NCBI RefSeq assembly: GCF_964194155.1
Contig: NC_135909.1
Coordinates: 11,594,001-11,658,000 of the forward strand
DNA: 64,000 nt
Direction: 5' to 3'
From: Cetorhinus maximus
Lineage: Eukaryota
In this document: piece by piece, positions 54,791-64,000 of the stretch
How the letters are laid out: the number at the start of each line of letters is the position of its first letter
Position numbering within the stretch: the first letter of the stretch is position 1
Notes under the pieces: model-generated
Databases searched by the model: none
Told to the model about the DNA's origin: nothing
What the model saw: the letters and a program-made list of their open reading frames with translations, nothing else
Position numbers and translations under genes: made by a program

Positions 54791-54899
54791 AACTTGTCAC
54801 CTCCATTGTGACACTGATAACCATCCGATTCCAGGCCTTTTTTTATGCAAAACCTACTCAAACAGGAAGAAGCAATGGACTAAAAATATCCAATAACTT

Positions 54900-54952
54900 G
54901 ATTCGAACCCACGTGTGAAAAGCACAATGGTTTCATAATCCCTCATCTTAAC
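54900..54952 (-). pseudogene. Decayed tRNA-Ser(GCT)-like relic
   Basis: GATTCGAACCCACGTGTGAAAAGCACAATGG…CTTAAC matches the reverse complement of the T-arm and variable arm of vertebrate Ser-GCT. Acceptor stem and anticodon are destroyed. Confidence 0.7.
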
Positions 54953-56254
54953 ATCCCCTCAGAGCCGATCCTAGCTTTAAGTCATGATCTCGTATCCTTT
55001 TTTCCAGCCATGAAGAGTTGGCAAGAAGGTTCTGAAAGTGCAGCCAGGTGTGCAATGTTGGAAATGTGGCTCCAGTAAAAATAAAATCTATCACGTCAAG
55101 TCAGGAACTGTTTGGAATGGAGCAGTGTGAAACATTTACCACGATTTATTTTTTATCTAATCATTGGTTTTCAAACATTCCATCAATGGGAAAAATATTG
55201 CTTAATGTGTATAAGAAATGAATACCTGGGCTGATACTAAATATATTGGCTAACCTTAAATATCTGTACTAAATCTCGCCTTAACATTCTCTCTGATAAG
55301 AGCATCTCCAGTTTGTATTTTTCAGTCCATCCACATACTGAATCCCTCACCACTGATCCCATTCCAGAAAATTTCCACTGCATGCTCTCCAAGGATTGGT
55401 GTTCTTCCTAAAGGTTTTTCCAAGCCCTCACCAAGATCTTATATTCCACATTACAACGTGATACCCATCCAATTCTTTGAATCCTATCTATCCGCGTTAT
55501 TTTTATAAACTTAGCTAATGATTCCTTATAGATGAAGACAAGCTTCCTTCAACAATAATCTCCTTAAAGATTTGGAAAAATGACCTTCCAATCTCCAATG
55601 AATAAATCCTAATGAAATTCTCCAGTCAGCCCATGAACAGCCCGCCCCCTTCATTCCACTTATTGTTGCTTTTATTTTCACTGATCCTACTTCTTCAGCA
55701 CAAATGCTTCGCTCCTCTCCTTTAAATCCTCTTCAATAAGAGGGCACAAATCCTCCATCGACAATTTGCAATTGACTTCTTTAACATATAACTCGTGATA
55801 AAGAAGAGATACGAGAAGGTCTGGCTGTGCTAAATGTTGATAAGTCAGTGGGAGATGGAATGCATCTGAAAATGCTGAGGGCTGTAATAGTGGAAACTGT
55901 GGAGGTATTGGACTGAATCTTCTGAATTTTATTTATTTTTTTTACAGCTACAAATCACTTTGTTACTCCAGGATGCAGAAGTGAATAAAAGTGAATCAGT
56001 GTTGAACAGATTCTGACATCCCACATCTCCATTTTATTTTACATGGAGCAACTTATCCTCAGTGTAAGTGTGTCACTCTAAGAATGAGATCACCACGTCC
56101 TGGGAATATAGCAGCAATCCCGCCAAGGTCTGATCTGCAACCTTGAAACTCAGTGAAAGGTTGTCTCCCTCCCCTCCGAATCTCATTGCCACCTCAAGCC
56201 CAACATTCAGCTTGGGTGGGCAAACAAAACAACCTGATTCCCCACGTCCTCCAA

Positions 56255-56620
56255 CGCAAACTGAACTCCAGAGGTGAGGTGAAAGTGACTGCCCTTGACA
56301 TCAAGGCTGCATTTGACTATGTGGCATTATTGATCCCCAGCAAAACTGGAGACAATGGGAATCGGGGGCGGGGGGTGGGGAGCTCTCTGCTGGTTGGAGT
56401 CATACCCAGCACAAAGAAAGATGATTGTGGTTGTGGAGATCAATCATCCCAGTTCCATGACATCACTGCAGGAGTTCCTCGGTATGGTGTCCTAGGCCCA
56501 ACCATCTTCAGCTGCTTCACTATTGACCTTCCTTCCAGCAGAATTGGGAATGTTCGCTGATGATTGCTCAATGTTCGGCACGATTTTCAACACCTCCGAT
56601 ACTGAAGCAGCCCATGACCA
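56255..56620 (+). mobile_element. LINE RT fragment
   Basis: VTALDIKAAFD…AGVPRYGVLGPTIFS…MFADD. Confidence 0.85.
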
Positions 56621-57342
56621 AATCATCACCCACCCTCTGTCCAGAAGACTCGGGACTGCAAAGAACTCTAAGAAATCTCCTCTCAAATTTCTCGTCTCCA
56701 AGGTAAATAACCCCTACCGCTACAATGTATCGAGGTAATTTAAGTTCCCTCGCCGCGAAATATTCTCGTGAAACGTTACTGCTTCCTCTCCAATGCCTTC
56801 ACATCTTTCCTAAAGTGTGATGCCCGGAACTGGGCGCAATACTCCAGCTGTGGCCGAAATACTCTTTTCCAAGTTCAAAACAACCGCTTTGCTCTTGTAA
56901 TCTATGCTCCCATTCATAAAGCCAAGGGTATTATATGATTCATAAACTATTCTTTCAACCTGCACTGCCTCCATCAATGATTTATGCAGGTGTACATCAT
57001 TTCCCGCTGTTCCGGCACCGTCGTTGGAATTGTAAACTTTATTTTGTCTTTTCTCCCCGTGTTCTTCCGACCAAAATGAATCACTTCACCCTTGTCTGCA
57101 AAAAAATTCAGCCGCCCTATTTTCTAATGTGAATATGTCCTTTTGAAGGAAATTGCTCTTTCACTCGAATTTCTATCGCTCTTTTCACAACCACAGGACG
57201 TCCAAAACACTTCACAGGCAATGAGTGCTCTTGAAATGTCGTCATTGTTCAAATGGAGGAAATTGCTGACCGTTTGAACGTTTTGTTCTTCAATGTCAGA
57301 AATTCCCTTATCTGGAATAGGAAATTACCACATCATGTGTTG

Positions 57343-57433
57343 GGCTCTGTGGCGCAACGGATAGCGTGTTGGGCTTCTAGCTGCTGTTGTACAAGAGATT
57401 TAAAGGTTGTGGGTTCGAATCCCACGAGAGTCG
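57343..57433 (+). tRNA. tRNA-Arg-TCT: tRNA-Arg (TCT) with 18-nt intron (57380-57397); possibly a pseudogene
   Basis: GGCTCTGTGGCGCAACGGATAGCGTGTTGGGCTTCTA/intron/ATTTAAAGGTTGTGGGTTCGAATCCCACGAGAGTCG. Has a G7.G66 mismatch and three G-U pairs in the anticodon stem. Confidence 0.88.
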
Positions 57434-57589
57434 TTTCTTATATAAAAACAAATCAGCAACTGGTTTATCGGAGAAGGGAAACTGCCGTCACCAACCCCTC
57501 TCTGTACAGGTGAATCCAGTCACGCCCCACTTTCCAATCTGAACCACTTAACAGAAGAAAACTCGCCACCGAATAGTGAAACAGTTGGC

Positions 57590-58655
57590 AAAAGGAGTAG
57601 AGCCGCTTCGCCGCTACAAGGATACAGAATTGGCTGAGTGGCAGGAAACAGAGGTTGGTGGTAAATGGATGTGCTTCGGCCTGGCGGAAGGGTTGGGACC
57701 TTTGCTGTTCCTGATAAATATCAATGACCCAGACCTTTATGCCCACGACAAAATTTCAACTTTTGCGGAGGATACAAAGCTTGGAAACATTGTGGAGAGT
57801 GTGGAGGATAGTGTAGAGCTTCAAATGGACTTGGACCTGTTGGTGGAAATGGGGAGAGAGGTGGCAGATGAAGTTCAATGGAGAGAGGTTTGGTCGGAAG
57901 AACTTGGAAAGACAATATAAAATGAAGGGTACAACTCAAAGGGAGGTGGAGAAGCAGTGGGACTTGGATGTTTATGTTCGTAAATCATTGAAGGGACAGC
58001 TTGAGAGAGTGTTTCATCAACCATACAGTATCCTGGACTTTATTGATAAAGGGATAGAGTACAAGAGCAAGAGGCTATGTTGACTTTGCATAATTCACGA
58101 GTTCGGCCTCAACAAGAGAATTGCGTCCGGTTCTGGGCCCCACTCTTTAGGGAGGATGTGGAGGTGCTGGAGAGGGTGCAGAAAAGATTCACGTGAATGG
58201 TTCCAGGGATGGGGAGCTTCAGTTATGAAGATATATTGGAGAAGATAGGGCTGTTTTCCTTCGAGAAAAGAAGGTTTAGAGGAGATTTGATAGAGGTGTT
58301 GAAAATCATGAGAATTCTGGAAAGGGTAGATAGGGAGAATTTTTTTTTCATTCGTGGGAGGATCGAAATGATATGTGATTAGCAAAAGAAGCGAATTGTT
58401 TTCAGAAGTTTTTTTTATTTAATATTTTGAAGCGAGTGGCAAGGGTCTGGAATGCATTGCCCGAGAGTGTGATGGAGGCAGCATCAACTGAAGCATTCAA
58501 AAGGCAATTATAATGTTATCCGAAAAGGAAGAATGTGTAGGGTTACGGGGAGAAGGTGGGGGAATGGTTCAAGAGTTATTCATTCGGAGAGCCTATGAAG
58601 ACATGATGGGCCAAATGGCCTCTTTCTGTGCCGTAACAATGCAGTGATTCTGTGA
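57590..58655 (+). mobile_element. CR1 RT and 3' fragment
   Basis: LGPLLFLININD…FAEDTKLG; LFSFEKRRFRGDL; CR1 tail. Confidence 0.85.
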
Positions 58656-59974
58656 TATTTCGCCAACGAGCATCAGTGACATGCAGCATAACACTATTTC
58701 CCATAACTGCTCCGTCATCTTTCCAAACTGTTTCTGACAGACAGCTCGAAACAAGAATGATGTGAGTCTACAGCCCTGAACATCAAGACCAACACGGTTA
58801 TCACAGCTGTAAGGAACATCTCCTGTTACAGCTTTAGATCAGACACTGGGAAGATTATCACAGGCTCTCTGTCAGACCGCATGATCCTTCAGACAGGTTT
58901 CAAATTGGACACATGGAATGAGCGGCTGTGTGAACATTAGTAGCCCAGGGATAGATTTCTCTATTGCCAGACTAGATTCGTAGTTTCTTTCCAGGAGATT
59001 TGTCTTTTTCTTTCTGAATCCAAACTTGGTCTCTTATTCATTTCCGCTTGTCATTGTTTCATGAATGGCGGCCTCGTTTCTATCTCTCTGAGCCTTTAGC
59101 TCTGAAATTCCTTCTAGAAACGGCCCCAATTACCAACCACAACCCGCACTCCCCAGCCCGCTTAAGACCCTCTTAGAATCCATCCCTTTGACCAAGTTTT
59201 TGTTCAGCTGCCCAAATTTGTGACTCAGTGTCGAATGTTGCTTGACTGAGCTCCTTCGAAGCGCTTTGGGAAGTTTTATTCAATTGCGGTGCTGTTGTTG
59301 AAATTGTTCAAATTTGGATAAATTAATATTCGGAAACAATTTTGTTAAAATTTTCCTCGAATTTCCTCCAATTGTTTCGCGTTGCGAAACTCCTGCCATG
59401 AGGTGGTCACATGATGACCAGTTTGATAGAGTAAATCAGGAGAAACTGTTCCCACTGACGGAAGGGCCGCTAACCAGAGGGCACAGTTTGACGCTGATTG
59501 GGAAAATAGCCAGGAGAGAGATGAGGAGAATATATTTTACACAGAGTGTTGTTGTGAAATGGAAGCTATCTGGACGGGTGGTGGAAGCAAATGCAATAAT
59601 AACATTCAAAATACATTTGGAGAAATATCTGAAAGGAAAAACAACACAGGAATATGGGGAGGGAGCTTGGATGTGGGAGTAATTATATCGCTCAACCAAA
59701 GACCCAGCACAGGCGGAATGACCTCTGTCTGTCCTGTATCCTTCTATGATTCATGGATAGAAATCAGTCCTACATCCTGTGGGGCATGAAGGGTGTGAGA
59801 AGCTGGCATAAGAATTGATCCCTTTGGCGCGGAATGGAAATGGTAAAATATTGTCTTCTTTCAGGGAATCGAAATTGAATTGAGGTATGACTATGTCTGT
59901 TTAAATGTGGTTTGTTACCAGTTCCAGATTATTGAATTTAAAGGGATGTGTTATCAGGCAAAGAGCTTACTATG

Positions 59975-61080
59975 ATACTAAAACAGAAAATGCTGGAAAC
60001 ACTCAGCAGCAACTGTAGAGGGAGAATTAATTAATGTTTCAAGTTAACGATACTCGTTAGCAGAACTGAGGAAAGGTAGAAATGTAATAGGTTTTGAACA
60101 AGTGAAAGAGTCGGGTGCTGGGAAGAGGTTGAAGAAAAGCGCAGGTCTGTGATGGTGTGCGTGCCCGGAGAGATGAAATTACAAAAATAAGTTTCACGGG
60201 GCAAACGCCACAGGGAGTTTTAACTCTTTCAGAGTAAACCCCATTAGCTGCTGTGGTTGGATTTGAACCTGTGTCTTCAGAATATTAGGCTAGGTTTCTG
60301 GAGCACTAATCCAGGAACATTTCCACTATGCCAAACATCTCCCCATAGGACAGGGAGTTGTATTGGTACAGTGAAATAAACAAACGATTGGCCCAGATGA
60401 GGTGTGAATGGCTGGATAGCAGCCGTCCAATTGCAATGAGATAGAATAGAGAATGAGGGAAAAGACGAAATAGCAAAAAACACATGAAACAAAATTGGGA
60501 CAGTGTTTATAATCTAAAAGTATTGAACTCAGTGTGAGCCCTGAAACCTGTAAGATGCCGAGTTGAAAAATGACCGTGTTCTTCCTCGTGCTTACGTTAA
60601 TCTTCATTGGAACGGTGCAGCAGACCAAGAAAGGTCAGAGTGGGAGCAAGGTGGCGAATTGAAATTACAAGTGGCAGGAAAGTCGGAGTCAGGCTTGCGG
60701 ACTGAAATGAGGTGTTGTCAAAGCGGTCACTCAGTCTGTGGGGCCTCATCATGTAGCGGAGGCCATATTGTGAACACCAAATATATTATACTAAATTGAA
60801 AGCAGGACAAGTGTATCATTGTTAAACTTGGAAAAAGTGTTTGGGGCCTTGAATGTTGAGAAGGGAAGAGGTAAAAGAGGAGTTTCAACTCATGCTCTTG
60901 CATGAGATTGTGCCCTAGTAAAGGGAAGGTGTACTGGGGGAGCACCAGCTGTCGCCGAGTGAATGGCCCCTTTGGAATGGTGATTGTGGAGGAGAAGGGA
61001 GGATGTTTTTGGTGGTCATATCATGCTGGCTGTGGTAAAAATATCGGAGGATAATGTGTCGAATATGGAAACTGGCGGGC
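59975..61080 (-). mobile_element. Penelope-like element 3' remnant with terminal repeat; SINE head inserted at ~60240-60343
   Basis: Reverse-complement homology to 14200-14740 (RKHEEEHGHFSTRHLTG region) and to the CAGAAAATGCTGGAAACACTCAGC short repeat. Confidence 0.65.
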
Positions 61081-62039
61081 TGGACGGTGAAAACAAGCGC
61101 CACTGAATCAGCTCCGCTCAATGTACACAGCACATAATAATCCGCAATTTCCGGTCAGCAGCAATTACCACCTCACACAAAGATTTTGCCTCCCCGATGT
61201 TCCTGCACATTTCTCCATGGATCTTCCCGCCCTGATGTCAGAGAAATGCGCAGCACCGCCGCTATCTAACTCCCCCATCTAAACCCAGCGGCAGAGTAAA
61301 GCAACGAAAGTACATGGCACCTTTTTACAGTATTAGCCTTATTCTGGTAGTTTAAATATCGAGTCATTGACTGTGCGGGAGCAAATACATGACTGACTGG
61401 GTGAGCTAGTGATTGAATGAATGGTTAGGTGGGTGACGTGTGTAGGTAGATAGCTGGCTGAGTGAATGAGTTTAGTGGGTGAGTGAGTAGGTGGGTCTGA
61501 TGGTTTAAGTGCTTGACCGTGTCAACATACAGGTTGGGAGCCAGTCAGAAGATCCGCGGAGAGGTCAGGTGGTCGGATCGGGGCGACTGAGTATTCGGTT
61601 GCGCAGTAACCCAGGTGATAGGCCAGAATTTAAACTATTTAACCGTTCCTGGGCATCTAGCAAGCTAATTGTTTGGGATCTGTCCCAAGTTTCTGACTCT
61701 AGTTCAGAGTCGGAGGCATTCGAGGAGGGTCCACGGCAGGAGGGGTAAATGTAAACTTCCCGGGAAGTTCTCACGTTGGTCCACATGGGAAAGACCTTTT
61801 GGCTGAGTTTGTTGACACCGGAACAGCAGAGAGCACGCGCTCCACACGTGGAGTTTCAGTGTCTGTGACGTCAAAGCCAGTGACGTTCCAGGTCACTTTC
61901 AGCAGCGGAGATGGTGCAGATCAAACTCAGCCCGAAATTAACACTGTTTTGCTGTGTTCCGCTCGCTGGCCCACTCCCGAGCCGGAATTCACTCTATAAA
62001 TGTTTATAAATATTTCTATAAGTGCGTGTTGGTCCCGCA

Positions 62040-63010
62040 GATGGTGAGACTGGAGAATTAATAATGGAAAACAAGGAACTGGCAGAACTGTAGAACGGGT
62101 ATTTTGTTTCTGCCTTCACTGTAGAAGAAGGACATATAGAGTGTACAGAGCGATTTAGATTGGTTGGGTGAGTAGACAATAATTGGCAGATGCAGAATAA
62201 CTTGGTAAAATGTGAACTTGTCCACTTTGGCAGGAAGAATTTAAAAGCAGTGCATCATGTGAATGGAGAAATGCTGCAGAACTCTACAGTGCAGAGGGTT
62301 CTGGGGGTCCTCGTTCATGAGCCTCAAGAAGTTGGTATAGAGATGCAGCAAGTGATTAAGAAGGCGAATGGAACGTTGGCGTTTATTACAGAAGGAATCG
62401 AATATAAAATTATGGAAGTTTCCCCACAGTCATACACAATTGGTGAGACAGCATCTGGTGGACTGTGGACAGTCTTAGTCTCCTTTGTTAAGAAAGGATA
62501 TAATTGCATTACAGCAGGTCAGGGAAGATTCAGTCGACTGGTTCCTGGAATGCAAGGGTTTTCTTTAGAGAAAAGGTTGAGGAGGTTGGGCCTATACCCA
62601 TTGGAGTTTTGAAGAATGGGAGGTGATCTTACTGAAAGATATATAATCCTGAGGGGACTTGACAGGGTGGCTGCTGAGACTATGTTTCCTTTTGTGGGGG
62701 ACTCTACAATCAGGTGACTCAGTTTAAAAATATCGGCCTCTCCCATTTCAGACTGACAGAAGGTCATTTGTTTTCTCTCTCTCTCAGTGGGACATTAATC
62801 TGTGGATTTTTCTTCCCCAGAGAGCAGTGGAGGCTGGGTCATTGAAAATGTTCAAGGTTGAGTTGGAGACATTTTTGAGAAAGGAATGAGTAAAGAATTA
62901 TGGGAGGCAGACAGGAAAGTGGAGTTGCGGCCACATTCAGATCAGCCATGCTGGAACAGCTTCGAGAGGCTAAATGGCCTCTTGCTGCTCCTGATTTTCG
63001 TGTTCTTGTT
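62040..63010 (+). mobile_element. CR1 3' fragment
   Basis: KCELVHFGRKN…IKKANGTLAFI…LGLYPLEF; CR1 tail. Confidence 0.85.
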
Positions 63011-63675
63011 CTTGTGTGCCTCTCTCGGCACTGCTGTCCCTGTCCTGCTCACCGTCTCGCTTGCCGGACTGCTCGGGGCCTCAGTAATATCCCGCTCCTC
63101 CGCCTGCTTCCTACCCCTCACCGCCTCACTTGCTGTTCTGCTTGTCACCATCTCCTCAGTTCTTGTGGTGAGATGGGCGGCGACAGGGGTCAGGAGGGAG
63201 GTGCCGATAGGGAGGTGAGGGGCTTGGTAGTCGGGTAGCGAGCGGTGCGGCAGAAGGGTTGGCGTGTAGCGCAGCGAGCCAGGCGGGGAGGGTCTGGCGT
63301 CTGTGCACCTGGCATTCGGGAGCAGGGGAGTGAGTGAGAGGCGGCAAGTGGGCGACCGTCAACGGCTGAACAACGAGGACGTCAGCGGTGGGAGGAAGGG
63401 CGCACGCACCGGCAGACTGAGTGGGTACCGAGTTCCTGTTCCAGCTCGGTGTAAGGAGTTACAGTGTAAAACTGATCACAATTCTAGCATTGCTGAGTTC
63501 TGATGAAATGTCATCGACCTGAAACGTGAACACCCTTTCACTGTCCACGCTGCTGCCTGCCATGAGGTGTAATTCTTAATTGTTTTCTGGTGTTACGACA
63601 GAAACCCAAAAGGAGGGTTGAGGCACTCTGGAGGACAATGAATACACAAAGCGGTTATCTCGCTTACCTGTGGAA

Positions 63676-63766
63676 GGCTCGTTGGTCTAGAGGTATGATC
63701 CTCGCTTCGGGGATTTTCGTTAAATGATCGTGCGAGAGGTCCCGGGTTCAAATCCCGGGCGAGCCC
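63676..63766 (+). tRNA. tRNA-Pro-CGG: tRNA-Pro (CGG) with 19-nt intron at position 37/38 (63712-63730)
   Basis: GGCTCGTTGGTCTAGAGGTATGATCCTCGCTTCGGG/GATTTTCGTTAAATGATCG/TGCGAGAGGTCCCGGGTTCAAATCCCGGGCGAGCCC. Removing 19 nt leaves a 72-nt near-canonical vertebrate tRNA-Pro. Confidence 0.93.
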
Positions 63767-64000
63767 TCGTGTGTTACCACTTGTAATACATATTTCTTTA
63801 CGAGCGAAAAGGCGGGTTTTACTTAAACCCGGGCGAGTTTTTAGAACCTGAGAAGTCATTATAACCAAATTATCACTGCAAAACAGGTGGAGTAAATGCA
63901 GAAACGGTTGCTCATGTAATCGGACGGTTAATTTATCCTAATAAGAGAATGAGTTCATTTATCCCAAGAAGAGAATGAGTGTAACTGAAACTTGAGTTTT

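Noticed and set aside
62886-63218. Hydrophobic 110-aa ORF resembling a membrane protein
   Set aside because: It begins inside a CR1 tail, and its hydrophobicity follows from the pyrimidine-rich sequence.

Overview
This is vertebrate nuclear DNA, most likely a cartilaginous fish (inferred from the CR1/SINE/Penelope repeat types and the MV[E/D]EKK- H2B N-termini; not verified). The core (21.1-37.6 kb) is a replication-dependent histone cluster of nine intact, intronless genes, each with a 3' stem-loop. They form a large inverted duplication: H1> H4> H3> <H2A <H2B [~4.2 kb spacer] H2B> H2A> <H3 <H4, with H1 in the left arm only. There are four tRNA loci: initiator Met (one D-stem mismatch), a degenerate intron-containing Arg(TCT), a Ser(GCT)-like relic, and a near-canonical Pro(CGG) with a 19-nt insertion at the canonical intron position. 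The rest is decayed retroelements (nested CR1 LINEs, tRNA-derived and Deu-domain SINEs, Penelope-like RT/GIY-YIG remnants, two solo-LTR candidates), a dispersed ~42-46-bp minisatellite and a 20-bp minisatellite. The most notable observations are the intron-bearing tRNA-Pro(CGG), a dispersed Penelope-type short repeat carrying a minimal hammerhead-ribozyme motif, the palindromic histone cluster with homogenised genes and arm-specific H1, and an orphan histone-type promoter. All alignments were made by eye, so repeat boundaries are approximate.
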